From contig OZ244924.1 of the NCBI GenBank assembly GCA_965221925.1, forward strand, positions 1,929,352 through 1,993,351: 64,000 bases of DNA. The letters are read 5' to 3'. The position numbers and the translations under genes were made by a program. Within the stretch, counting starts at the first letter, position 1, and each line of letters starts with the position of its first letter. The DNA comes from Dehalococcoidia bacterium (GTDB lineage Bacteria; Chloroflexota; Dehalococcoidia; Lucifugimonadales; UBA2985). The notes beneath the pieces were generated by a model. That model worked only from the letters and a program-made list of their open reading frames with translations. It had not been told where the DNA came from and did not search any database. Shown here piece after piece: positions 27,037 through 36,659 of the stretch.

Positions 27037-28359
27037 GTGCCAACCGAGAATGCGCCGGCGTCTATGTACAGAAGCGCTGAGGGTTTGGGTGTCTGGGAGC
27101 ATAAAGGGAAGGTGGTGGCCGTTGGCATTGGGGTGTCTCCCACCGCGCGGCGCTGGGACGAGACCACCGATACCAGCGTGGGAGCCTGGAGCATCCTCGC
27201 GCTGCGGAGGGCAATGGAGGATGCCGGTGTCTCACCGGACCAGGTGGACGGGCTGGTGATGGCCCCGGATACGTCCACAGGGTCTCCCTGGCCGACAGGC
27301 AAGCCCATTCCGGAGGACTTCCTCAATACCTATCAGTCCACCGACAACCCATTGGACGGCGTAGCGAGGCTGAGCTCGGAGTGGATTCTCAAGAACACGC
27401 CGGAGTTGACCAACGTCAACTTCACCATGTACGGCTCCGGTTGTATGTCCAACGCCTTAGTGGTGGGCGCGCAGGCCGTGGGCGAGGGCCTCACCGACGT
27501 TTGCCTGGTACTGAAGGGCTGGCACAACTTTGGCGGCCGGTACTACGTGGGACAGGGCGCTGCCGCCGGAGACACCATCGGCGGGGCCGGCAAGTGGAGC
27601 GGCCTCTGGGGGACCGTGGCCTGCTACAACACGGCGATGATATTCGAGGCGTACTGCCGCAAGTACGGCAAGAGCCACGACATGATGGCGCCCTTTGTGG
27701 TGAACTCAAAGCGGAACGGCCTGCTGTATCCGGAGGGGTTCTGGGCGCAGCACAGGCCGGAGCCTCTGACCGTAGAGGACTATCTGTCCGCCCGGTGGAT
27801 AGCCAAGCCTGCCAACCTCTTTGACAACGACCTGCCCATCTGCGTTTCAGGCGCCATTCTCCTGACCACCGAGGAACGGGCCAGGGACATGAAGCAGAAG
27901 CCCGTCTACGTCCTCAACCATACACGGACGCTGCCGGCGACGCGGAGCGTGGTTCCCACGCTTGAGGAGTGGCAGGACGCAGGCGATAGCACAGGCCGGA
28001 AGCTGTACGAAGGCGCGGGGATAGGCCCAAGCGACCTGTCCTTTGAGAACATGTACGACGGCTTTACCCTGTTCCACCAGTTCCACCTGGAGGGGCTGCG
28101 GTTTGCGGGCGTGCAACGCGGGGAAGCTCTGGACTTCTACCAGACGGACATAAGCATAGAGGGGCCCAACCCGGTCTCGCCGAGCGGCGGGAACGCAGGG
28201 AGCGGTCGCACGCGCTTCTGGCTGCACATGGACAGCATACTACAGTTGCAGGGAAGGGCGGGCGAGCGGCAGATTAGCAAGCCGGCTGAGGCGGGCGTCT
28301 CCGGCGCTTTCTTCCCGGACTTCAACTACTCCGTGGTCTGGGGGGCCAGCCCGGACTAA
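27037..28359 (+). CDS. thiolase-like protein (SCP-x/lipid-transfer type)
   Basis: 440 aa with thiolase-fold N- and C-domain similarity (GSGCMSNAL..., C-terminal SPSGGNAGSGR). GTG start after GAAGGGGG. Confidence 0.55.
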   Translation: MPTENAPASMYRSAEGLGVWEHKGKVVAVGIGVSPTARRWDETTDTSVGAWSILALRRAMEDAGVSPDQVDGLVMAPDTSTGSPWPTGKPIPEDFLNTYQSTDNPLDGVARLSSEWILKNTPELTNVNFTMYGSGCMSNALVVGAQAVGEGLTDVCLVLKGWHNFGGRYYVGQGAAAGDTIGGAGKWSGLWGTVACYNTAMIFEAYCRKYGKSHDMMAPFVVNSKRNGLLYPEGFWAQHRPEPLTVEDYLSARWIAKPANLFDNDLPICVSGAILLTTEERARDMKQKPVYVLNHTRTLPATRSVVPTLEEWQDAGDSTGRKLYEGAGIGPSDLSFENMYDGFTLFHQFHLEGLRFAGVQRGEALDFYQTDISIEGPNPVSPSGGNAGSGRTRFWLHMDSILQLQGRAGERQISKPAEAGVSGAFFPDFNYSVVWGASPD

Positions 28360-28543
28360 GCCTTGTTAAAGTCGTCCAAACTAGGGACGAGGGGCGGTTA
28401 TTCGTCGGTCTGCATGACGCGCGCCGGGGGCAACTCCCGGCGCGTAGTCGTCCGGCTGAGGCGGCGCGTATTGGCGCGGCTGGAGGCCCACAGACAGGAT
28501 GAAGGCGGGCGCCGTGTCTTGTCTCAGGGTTCCGCGGAGCTTG

Positions 28544-28771
28544 CTAGCCGATGTAGCAGCCCCTACGCCCCCCGAATCTCCGCTCCACCCGTCCATCGGG
28601 GTATACGATGATGGGCACCGCATCGCCCAGCCCTCTGGCCTCGTCCAGCGCCCTCTGGCTCAGGTCGGCCCGGCGCTCCTCGTAGCTGACTCCCTCCGCG
28701 TCCCACTGCTCAATGAGCCTTGCGCACGCCGGGCAGCCCCTTATGGTATAGACAATGGGAAGTGAGGCCAT
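28544..28771 (-). CDS. glutaredoxin-like protein
   Basis: 75 aa. IVYTIRGCPACARL (CPxC in thioredoxin-fold context). Confidence 0.6.
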   Translation of the reverse strand: MASLPIVYTIRGCPACARLIEQWDAEGVSYEERRADLSQRALDEARGLGDAVPIIVYPDGRVERRFGGRRGCYIG

Positions 28772-28877
28772 ATTCTCTCAACTCCAATGGGCTATGTGGA
28801 TGATACATGCTCGCGTATCTCCTGCCAATAGGTGATCGAAGGGCATTCTCAGCGCGTGCTGGTAATGGCGCGCGATA

Positions 28878-29740
28878 CTGCTCGTATGGTTCGACAAGCT
28901 CACCACGAACGGACGTGGGGACACCACGAACGGACGTGGGGACACCACGAACGGACGTGGGGACACTACGAACGGACGTGGGGACACCACGAACGGACAT
29001 GGGGACACCACGAACGGACGTGGGGACACCACGAACGGACGTGGGGACACCACGAACGGACGTGGGGACACCACGAACGGGAGGGGAAACGCGGGTTTGC
29101 CCCCGTATCAAGTACAGGGCAGGCTCAGAGCCTGCCCTACCCCTCCGTTCGTCCTGAGCCTGTCGAAGGAGCACGAACGAAACGTGGCAGGCCCCTGCCT
29201 TCCCGCTCATATGGTTCGACAAGCTCACCACGAACGGGCGGGGGGACACTACGAACGGGCGGGGGGACACTACGAACGGGCGGGGGGATACCACGAACGG
29301 GCGGGGGGACACCACGAACGGACGTGGGGACACCACGAACGGACGTGGGGACACCACGAACGGACGTGGGGACACTACGAACGGGCGGGGGGACACCACG
29401 AACGGATGTGGGGACACCACGAACGGGCGGGGAACCGCGGGCTTGCCCCCGTATCAAGTACAGGGCAGGCTCTGAGCGGGCCCTACCCTTCCGTTCGTCC
29501 TGAGCCTGTCGAAGGAGCACGAACGAAACGTGGGCGGGCCCCTGCCTGCCCGCTCATATGGTTCGACAAGCTCACCACGAACTGACGTGGGGACACCACG
29601 AACTGACGTGGGGACACCACGAACGGACGTGGGGACACCACGAACGGGCGTGAGGACACCACGAACGGGCGTGAGGACACCACGAACGGGCGTGAGGACA
29701 CCACGAACGGACGTGAGGACACCACGAACGGGCGGGGGGC
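28878..29740 (+). repeat. tandem array R1: three blocks of 21-bp units (8+9+7) separated by about 125-bp linkers
   Basis: Each block starts with the core CCGCTCATATGGTTCGACAAGCTCACCACGAAC, followed by GGACGTGGGGACACCACGAAC-type units. Linkers contain GCCCCCGTATCAAGTACAGGGCAGGC and CGTCCTGAGCCTGTCGAAGGAGCACGAACG. Confidence 0.95.
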
Positions 29741-29926
29741 GGTACTCCAATCAACGCCGCCATTGCCAATACGTATCAGGAATAGCCGGCATAGGCGCAG
29801 GTTGAAGCATTCCGTCCAGGGCGCGATAATCTCCGAAGGCCGGAGGGAAACCGGCCCGCCGAGACCTCTCACAAACGACGCGAGGCGCCGGTGACCGGGC
29901 GAGTTCTTGCAGGAAGGAGCGATTAT

Positions 29927-30166
29927 ATGAAGAGCGCCAGGCGGCCTCGTTACGAGATGCCGGAGTTCGTGTGGAGTTCCCTTGTGGAGCAGGGGCTGGA
30001 CGCGGCTTACCGCAGCCGCCCGCCCTACCAGCAGAACGACTACATCGGCTGGATCACGGGGGCCAAGCGAGAGGATACGCGCCGGAAGAGGCTTGCCCAG
30101 ATGCTGGACGAGCTGCGCAACGGAGACAAGTACATGAAGATGGCCTATCGAGCCAGGAGGGAGTAG
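29927..30166 (+). CDS. YdeI/OmpD-associated family protein
   Basis: 79 aa from MKSARRPRYEMPEFV...YQQNDYIGWITGAKREDTRRKRLAQMLDEL. GGAAGGAG RBS. Confidence 0.65.
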   Translation: MKSARRPRYEMPEFVWSSLVEQGLDAAYRSRPPYQQNDYIGWITGAKREDTRRKRLAQMLDELRNGDKYMKMAYRARRE

Positions 30167-30251
30167 CGCGCGGCCAGGCCAGACAGGAAGGCTCGCGGGA
30201 TGTTAGTATTGAGACGGAAATAAAGCCGTGAGGTAGAGATAGGAGGCGAGT

Positions 30252-30812
30252 ATGCGAATAGGTCTCATTTCGGACACACATATACCCGGGGGGGCAACTG
30301 AGGTCCCTGCCAATGTCGTCAAGGCGTTTGAGGGGGTGGACCTGATTCTCCATGCGGGGAACGTCTACACACTCCCCATTCTGGACTGGCTGGAGCGCAT
30401 TGCCCCTGTGAAGGTGGCGGGGAGCCTGGACCGCGACAAGCACGTTCACGGCGACCCCAGGGTTGCCGAGAAGCAGGTCCTGGAGGTGGATGGCCATACC
30501 ATCGGCATGATACACGACCTGATGGTGCCGGGGTTTGGAGGCTGGATATACCCCGGCTCACTGACCACTAGCTTTGAGTACGACAGTTCGCGCCCACTGA
30601 TTCCGGAGGAGATGTTTGAGACGGCGGTGGACATTGTGATCTTCGGGCACACCTGCGTGGCAATGGTGGAGGAGTACGGCGGGACCCTCCTCATAAATCC
30701 GGGAAGCCCCACCCTGCGCAACCAGCTGATGAAGATTGGCACTGTGGCGGTCCTGGAGTTGGCCCCGGAGAGTCGCGAGGTGAATGTAATAGACCTGGCG
30801 ACCGACTTCTAG
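30252..30812 (+). CDS. metallophosphoesterase (YfcE/MJ0936 family)
   Basis: 186 aa. MRIGLISDTHIP ... LILHAGN ... GHTC. Confidence 0.8.
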   Translation: MRIGLISDTHIPGGATEVPANVVKAFEGVDLILHAGNVYTLPILDWLERIAPVKVAGSLDRDKHVHGDPRVAEKQVLEVDGHTIGMIHDLMVPGFGGWIYPGSLTTSFEYDSSRPLIPEEMFETAVDIVIFGHTCVAMVEEYGGTLLINPGSPTLRNQLMKIGTVAVLELAPESREVNVIDLATDF

Positions 30813-30961
30813 CAGCTTCATGGCCCCGGCCGACGGAGAGGCCGACCGCGCGGCCCTCACCGCGCAGGCATCTCTGGGTGAGGGATCTGAACACACCCAG
30901 TCCGCGCCGTTACGAGGCGCGAGCAGGGGTGGTCTGGTGCGCTATCACGGGGCGCCTGGAT

Positions 30962-31197
30962 TCCTGCTTCCGGAGACCATTGCGCAACCGCCCACCGCGC
31001 CATTTGATGTCATTCCGAGCGCAGCGAGGAATCTAAGACGTTGCGCCGTAGTCATGAGAAGATTCCAGCCACAAGGGTCCTCGTGGGGGATGAGAGCCTT
31101 TAGATTCCTCACTCCGCTGCGCTCCGTTCGGAATGACAGTTGGCGCGTCTTTTCACAGGATGGCGCCCAGAGTTATGCAAAGGTCTCCTTTCGCAGG
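30962..31197. repeat. 236-bp MITE-like hairpin element, copy 1
   Basis: Near-identical (about 5 substitutions) to 53177-53412. Outer arms GGAGACCATTGCGCAA / TTATGCAAAGGTCTCC. Inner long inverted repeat built on GTCATTCCGAGCGCAGCGAGGAATCTAA. Confidence 0.85.
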
Positions 31198-31281
31198 AAT
31201 GGCATGGCGTTCCAACCAACGTTGGCATTACCAACACATGTTGAGAATGCCTCTCTTGGGTTTTATCTCAGGCGCCGGGCG

Positions 31282-32859
31282 CTAGAGCTGTACCACGTGG
31301 GTGCGGACGATGTTTGTCAGGGCGTTTATCTCCGCTAGCACCTGCTCCGGCAGGGGGTCGTCTAGTCCCAGAATCATGGTGGCGTGTCCCCTTGGCTCCA
31401 GGCGGCCCACCTCCATGAATCCGATGTTGATGTCGTGTTTGCCCGTTATGGTCCCGACGGCGCCGATCATGCCCGGCCGGTCCTGGTGGTCGGCGAACAG
31501 CATATAGCCACCGGACGGCACGATGTCGATCCAGTAGTCGTTGATCCGCACTATGTGGGTCTGACCCCGTATGTGCGCGGCGGATACGGACGTCCTGCCC
31601 GGGGATGTTTCCATCTCGACCGTGACGAGGCTGCCGTACTGCTCTACGGCGGGCCCTTTCTGCTCGGTAACCCTCAGTCCTCTCTGGGTGGCATGGAGGT
31701 TTACGTTGATCAGGTTTACCCGTTCCTCGCTGATGGGGCCCAGAAGTCCTACCAGGCAGGCGGCCTTGAGGATGTTGGTGTCGTAGTCTGCTATCTCCCC
31801 TTCATAGCGGAGGTTTATGGAGCGCAGCTGTCCCTGGGCAAGCTGGGTTGCCAGCTTGCCCGCGTAGGATGCGGCGTCCATGTACGGGGCCAGTACGGCC
31901 TGGGTCTCCGGCAGGACAAAGGGAGCGTTGACGGTGTAAAGGGCCGTCCGTCCCTGGAGGACGGCTATGACCTGCTCAGCGACCTCCCGCGCGACCTCCG
32001 CCTGGGCCTCCTGGGTGGAGGCTCCCAGGTGTGGGGTGACTATTATCCGGGGGTTGGTGAGGAGGGGGCTGCCGGACGGCGGCTCCTTTATGAAGACGTC
32101 AAGCGCCGCCCCTGCCACCCTGCCCTCATCTACGGCCTTGAACAGAGCGTCCTCATCTATAAGCTCGCCACGGGCTATGTTCAGGATGCGCACTGTGGGC
32201 TTCATAAGCGATATCGCTTTCTCGCCTATGATGCCGCGGGTGGACTCGGTTAAGGGCGTGTGGAGGCAGATGAAATCGGCCTCCTGAAATATGCGCTCCA
32301 GGGAGGCCAGCTCTATGCCCAGGAGGCTGGCGTGTTCCTGGGAGACAAAGGGGTCGTAGCCCAGGACGCGCATGTGAAGGCCCATAGCCCTGTGAGCTAC
32401 CTGCGACCCAACCTTGCCAAGGCCTATGACCCCCAGCGTCCTGTTGCGCACCTCAATGCCGGTGAAGGCGCTGCGGGTCCACTCCCCGCTGCGAAGTGAC
32501 TCGTTGGCCTGTGGTATGTTGCGGGCCAGGGCCAGCATCATGGCAATGGTGTGCTCCGCAGCGGCGACGGTGTTCCCGGTGGGGGCGTTGACCACGGCTA
32601 TTCCCGCGCGCGTGGCGGCGTCCACGTCTATGTTGTCCACGCCAACCCCCGCGCGGCCGATGACGTGCAGCCGCTTGCCGCTCTCAATCACCTCCGCCGT
32701 CACCCTGGTCTCGCTGCGAACCACCAAGGCGTCGTACTCGCCTATGATGGAGAGCAGGTCCTTGGGGTCCAGGCGCAGCTTGACGTCCACCTCCCCCTGG
32801 GTGCGGAGAAGCTCCAACCCCTCGGAAGCCACGGGGTCGGAGACCAGTATCCTGGCCAT
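31282..32859 (-). CDS. serA: D-3-phosphoglycerate dehydrogenase
   Basis: 525 aa with a 2-hydroxyacid dehydrogenase core (GLGKVGSQVA), ASB and a C-terminal ACT domain. Confidence 0.9.
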   Translation of the reverse strand: MARILVSDPVASEGLELLRTQGEVDVKLRLDPKDLLSIIGEYDALVVRSETRVTAEVIESGKRLHVIGRAGVGVDNIDVDAATRAGIAVVNAPTGNTVAAAEHTIAMMLALARNIPQANESLRSGEWTRSAFTGIEVRNRTLGVIGLGKVGSQVAHRAMGLHMRVLGYDPFVSQEHASLLGIELASLERIFQEADFICLHTPLTESTRGIIGEKAISLMKPTVRILNIARGELIDEDALFKAVDEGRVAGAALDVFIKEPPSGSPLLTNPRIIVTPHLGASTQEAQAEVAREVAEQVIAVLQGRTALYTVNAPFVLPETQAVLAPYMDAASYAGKLATQLAQGQLRSINLRYEGEIADYDTNILKAACLVGLLGPISEERVNLINVNLHATQRGLRVTEQKGPAVEQYGSLVTVEMETSPGRTSVSAAHIRGQTHIVRINDYWIDIVPSGGYMLFADHQDRPGMIGAVGTITGKHDINIGFMEVGRLEPRGHATMILGLDDPLPEQVLAEINALTNIVRTHVVQL

Positions 32860-33968
32860 CAGCCACCACCCGCCCGCGAGCCGACGGGCTGGAAGCCCAC
32901 CTTGGGCAGCACGGAGCCCAGGGCGTCCAGTACCAGTGATATGTCCTCGTCTGTGACGTATCCCAGATGGCCTATGCGGAATATCTTGCCGTCCAGCCTG
33001 CCCTGTCCGCCGGCAAGCACCACGTCATGGTCTGCTTGCATCCGCTGGAGCAACTCCCTGGGGTCTACACCCTCCGGCATGTCCACGGCGGTGACGGTGT
33101 TGGAGGCGCAACTTTCGTCTGCCAATAGGGAGAGGCCAAGCCCTTTGACTCCGTCCCTGGTCTTCTGAGCTATGCGGGCGTGGCGCTCAAAGACGTTTTC
33201 CATGCCCTCCTCCAGCATCCTCTCCAGCGCTGCGTCAAGGCCGTAGAAAACGGAGACCGCGGGAGTCCAGGGGGTCTGTCCCCTCTCCAGGTAGCTCTTG
33301 GCCCTGCCGAAGTCCCAGTAGAAGCGGGGCATACTGGCCTCCTTGAACGCGTCCCAGGCCCTCCGGCTAACGCTGACGAAGGCCAGTCCGGGCGGCACCA
33401 TGTATCCCTTCTGCGAGCCGCTCATAACCACGTCGCAGCCCCACTCGTCGGTGTGGAAAGGCAGGGAGGAGAGGCTGCTTATGGCATCCACTATGAGCAG
33501 CTTGTCCGCCTCCTTGACCACGGCGCTGATGGCGGCCATGTCGTTGGTCACGCCGGTGGAGGTCTCGTTGTGGGTGACCATTACGGCCTTGATATGTGGG
33601 TTTTCCTTGATAGCGTCTCTGACGGACTCCGGGTCTGCGGCGGTCCCCCAGATGGACGTGTGACGAATGACGGAGGCGCCAAAGGCCTCGGCTATCTGGG
33701 CGAGGCGGTCGCCGAAGACGCCCACAGACACCGATAGCACGGCATCGCCGGGAGAGAGGACGTTCACCACCGCCGCCTCCATTGCTCCAGTGCCGGACCC
33801 GGTGAGGATGAGCACGTCGCTGTCTGTCTTGAAAACCTGCTTGAGTCCATCGGTGCATCGACGGAGCATGTCCTGGAACTCCGGACCGCGATGGTTGATC
33901 ATATCGCGGTTCATGGCTTCCAGGACGTAGTCTGGGCATGGCGTAGGGCCAGGTATGCGTAGGTTCAC
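32859..33968 (-). CDS. class-V aminotransferase (serine-pyruvate/phosphoserine aminotransferase type)
   Basis: 369 aa with the class-V PLP fold (SGSQKG PLP-lysine region). Its stop shares 1 nt (32859) with the serA start. Confidence 0.75.
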   Translation of the reverse strand: MNLRIPGPTPCPDYVLEAMNRDMINHRGPEFQDMLRRCTDGLKQVFKTDSDVLILTGSGTGAMEAAVVNVLSPGDAVLSVSVGVFGDRLAQIAEAFGASVIRHTSIWGTAADPESVRDAIKENPHIKAVMVTHNETSTGVTNDMAAISAVVKEADKLLIVDAISSLSSLPFHTDEWGCDVVMSGSQKGYMVPPGLAFVSVSRRAWDAFKEASMPRFYWDFGRAKSYLERGQTPWTPAVSVFYGLDAALERMLEEGMENVFERHARIAQKTRDGVKGLGLSLLADESCASNTVTAVDMPEGVDPRELLQRMQADHDVVLAGGQGRLDGKIFRIGHLGYVTDEDISLVLDALGSVLPKVGFQPVGSRAGGG

Positions 33969-34177
33969 TTCAACCTCCAGTGTATCTCGCTGCGCTCACC
34001 GCCCTTGGGACGGAGCTGCCAACGTATTGTGAATTTTACCACTTTATTCCGTTTGCAAAAAGGGGCGGGCGGGCGGATTTAGGGGATTTTGGGAGCGCCA
34101 ACCACCACCGCCGGTTATGTAAAGGGGCGCTTTGCGGGCACGACGGTGGGTGTGAAGCCCACTCTTGCCAAACCAAG

Positions 34178-34540
34178 TTCCCGTTCATAACCTGCCCCGT
34201 ACTTGATACGGGGGTAACCCGCGGTCCCCCGTCCGTTCGTGGTGTCCTCATGTCCGTTCGTGGTGTCCTCATGTCCGTTCGTGGTGTCCCCACGTCCGTT
34301 CGTGGTGTCCCCACGTCCGTTCGTGGTGTCCCCACGTCCGTTCGTGGTGTCCTCATGTCCGTTCGTGGTGTCCTCATGTCCGTTCGTGGTGTCCCCCGTC
34401 CGTTCGTGGTGTCCTCATGTCCGTTCGTGGTGTCCTCATGTCCGTTCGTGGTGTCCTCATGTCCGTTCGTGGTGTCCCCCCGCCCGTTCGTGGTGTCCCC
34501 CCGCCCGTTCGTGGTGAGCTTGTCGAACCAAATGAGCGGG
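34178..34540 (-). repeat. tandem array R2: 13 units of 21 bp (one of 20 bp), inverted relative to R1
   Basis: Plus strand reads linker fragment (rc of the R1 linker), then 13 x GTTCGTGGTGTCC(TCATGTCC/CCACGTCC), then GTTCGTGGTGAGCTTGTCGAACCAAATGAGCGGG (rc of the core). Confidence 0.95.
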
Positions 34541-34630
34541 AAAAGCCGCGCGCTCATTACAGCGCCGGCTCAGCGATTGAACTCCTCACGCCCCATCGTG
34601 ATATACTATCCCTGAAAGGGCAGCGCACCC

Positions 34631-34930
34631 ATGAACCGCGTCCGGATAGACATAGCGACAGAGGGCAGCTTTCGGGCCACCGAGGTCATTGCCGACCTGC
34701 GAAACGTCGCCGAATCCCTTTTCAACCCCCTGAAGCTGGTGGGATTCTGGGATGAGCAGGCCAACGGGATGCACCTGTGCCCACAGGAGCAGCTGGGGCG
34801 GGAGTGCCTCCACAAGTTGCCGCCGGATGACCCGCGGCGCGTGGACTACGTCGCCACAGCCGACCAGGACATGCGGGCCATCCTTGAAGTGAGCTTTCCC
34901 CACGCGGACGTCTACCTGTACTTGAGGTAA
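34631..34930 (+). CDS. hypothetical protein
   Basis: 99-aa ORF directly upstream of the TlpA-like gene. No family recognised. Confidence 0.35.
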   Translation: MNRVRIDIATEGSFRATEVIADLRNVAESLFNPLKLVGFWDEQANGMHLCPQEQLGRECLHKLPPDDPRRVDYVATADQDMRAILEVSFPHADVYLYLR

Positions 34931-34937
34931 ACCCAAG

Positions 34938-35546
34938 GTGAACGGAGACAACTCGGACGCTTTTGCAGCAGAGGGGCGCACGGGAGGCCGCCGCGCCCGC
35001 CCCTTCCTCCACTCCGGCAGCCTCGGAGCGTTAGTCGTGATATTCCTGGCCCTCTCAGCCGTTCAGGCGACGTGCTCCGGCGATGCCGCCTCTCTGAAGG
35101 CGGCCCCCGATTTCCCCTTCACCCTCTACCAGGGCGAGAGCGAGCTGGGCGGCCCCGACCTGGCCCTGGCCGACCTCCGGGGCAGACCCGTAGTCCTCAA
35201 CTTTTGGGCCGGACTCTGCCCTCCCTGCCGCGCCGAGATGCCCGACTTCCAGCAGTTCCACGACGAGTTCAATGACAGGGTCACCCTCATCGGCATCGAC
35301 ATCGGACCGCAGATGAACCTGGGCAGCCAAGCCGACGCCATGAGCCTCCTGAACGACCTGGGAATCACCTACCCCGCCGGCTTCACCAACGACGACAACG
35401 TGGTCCGCAGCTATGAGGCGCTGGGGATACCCACCACCGTGTTCATCAACTCCAATGGGGAGATATTCAGGCGATGGGGCGGTATTCTGAACCGGGAGGT
35501 CCTGGAGGACATAGCCAACGAGATGCTGGCGCAGGAGGCCGGCTAG
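34938..35546 (+). CDS. TlpA/ResA-family thiol:disulfide oxidoreductase
   Basis: 202 aa with an N-terminal membrane anchor/signal. FWAGLCPPCRAEMP thioredoxin-fold motif. Confidence 0.8.
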   Translation: MNGDNSDAFAAEGRTGGRRARPFLHSGSLGALVVIFLALSAVQATCSGDAASLKAAPDFPFTLYQGESELGGPDLALADLRGRPVVLNFWAGLCPPCRAEMPDFQQFHDEFNDRVTLIGIDIGPQMNLGSQADAMSLLNDLGITYPAGFTNDDNVVRSYEALGIPTTVFINSNGEIFRRWGGILNREVLEDIANEMLAQEAG

Positions 35547-35583
35547 CCGGAGGAAGGCCGCGCCGGAGGCAGGGGGTAGAAGC

Positions 35584-36483
35584 ATGTTTACATCCAAGTC
35601 CATTCTGGGGGCAAACCTGGAGCGAAGGGTACTACTCCCCGTCCTGGTGGTCGGCCTGTCCTTGTCAACCGCCTTCATAGGAGCCGCGCTGCTGGGCGGC
35701 GACGGCGGCATAGACGGCGTCAACAGGTTTGTCGAAATCCTCTCCGGGGATTCCGGCTCCGTCCTGGGAGACCTGGGGCGGCTGGCTCCACTGGGCTTCG
35801 CCTTCGCCGCGGGGATGGTCTCCGCCGTCAACCCTTGCGGCTTCGTCATGCTGCCCGCATACCTGGGCCTCTACCTGCGAATCAACGAACAGGACGGCGA
35901 AGACGCGCGCCCAATCAAGCACGTAGCCAGGGCGTTTCAAGTAGGAGCGTTGGTCACCACCGGCTTCATAGCGCTGTTCGGCGCGGCCGGCCTCATAATG
36001 AATCTGGGAGCGCGGGCCGTGGTGGTGGACATCCTGCCTTGGCTGGGGCTGACCATTGGCATTGCCCTTGCCGTCGCCGGCTCCTGGATGGTCGGCGGCG
36101 GCAAGCTGTACACAGGATTTGCCGCGCAGGCTGCGTCTCGCATAGGGGATCCCGGACAGGTCAACTCGCGAGGCTACTTCCTCTTTGGGCTCAGCTACGG
36201 CATAGCGTCCCTGAGCTGCACACTTCCCATCTTCCTGTCCGTCATAGGGACCAGCTTCGCCGTATCCAGCATTGCAACCTCGTTGGGTCAGTTCCTCCTT
36301 TACGCCCTTGGCATGGGGACGGTCATACTCGGCTTGACCCTGGGAATGGCCTTCTTCAAGGGAGCAATGGCGCGCGCTTTGCGAAAGGCCCTCCCCTACG
36401 TTGAGCCCATTGGCTCATGGCTCATGGTTGTGGCGGGATCTTACATAGTCTTCTACTGGCTGACCATTGGCGGGCTGCTGTAG
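35584..36483 (+). CDS. ccdA: cytochrome c biogenesis protein CcdA (DsbD-family thiol transporter)
   Basis: 299 aa, multi-TM, with the two conserved Cys in SAVNPCGF and SLSCTLP. Confidence 0.75.
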   Translation: MFTSKSILGANLERRVLLPVLVVGLSLSTAFIGAALLGGDGGIDGVNRFVEILSGDSGSVLGDLGRLAPLGFAFAAGMVSAVNPCGFVMLPAYLGLYLRINEQDGEDARPIKHVARAFQVGALVTTGFIALFGAAGLIMNLGARAVVVDILPWLGLTIGIALAVAGSWMVGGGKLYTGFAAQAASRIGDPGQVNSRGYFLFGLSYGIASLSCTLPIFLSVIGTSFAVSSIATSLGQFLLYALGMGTVILGLTLGMAFFKGAMARALRKALPYVEPIGSWLMVVAGSYIVFYWLTIGGLL

Positions 36484-36576
36484 CGCGGCTCACGCCGGCA
36501 GCCTTGGACCGTACTGCGCAACGCCGGGCGGGGTTAGGGCCTGGCAACAAGACCCGTCAGAGCGCAGAATAGCGTC

Positions 36577-36605
36577 TTGCAGAATCCCGCCAAGGCCGTT
36601 ATATA
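36577..36605 (+). promoter_or_regulatory. candidate promoter of the rpiB-tal-pgi-gnd operon
   Basis: TTGCAG (36577-36582), 17 nt, then TATATA (36600-36605). Confidence 0.45.
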
Positions 36606-36659
36606 GTAGTACAATGGACGGCGGACAACACCGTGAAATCATGCAAAGGAGCTACAGAA

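Noticed and set aside
28710-29872. ORFs running through the 21-bp arrays, such as the 236-aa PRPFVVS-heptad protein and the HHERTWG and GVPTSVR repeats. The same applies at 33980-34615 and 53433-54255.
   Set aside because: A 21-bp unit equals 7 codons and has no stops in any frame, so all six frames are open by construction. There is no RBS or start context, and the frames change between blocks. These are nucleotide-level repeats, not proteins.
30820-31338. ORFs 30820-31338 and 53128-53490 share a stretch of about 75 near-identical aa, suggesting a paralogous protein family.
   Set aside because: The identity is confined exactly to the 236-bp MITE-like element. The flanking parts are unrelated and there are no start signals.
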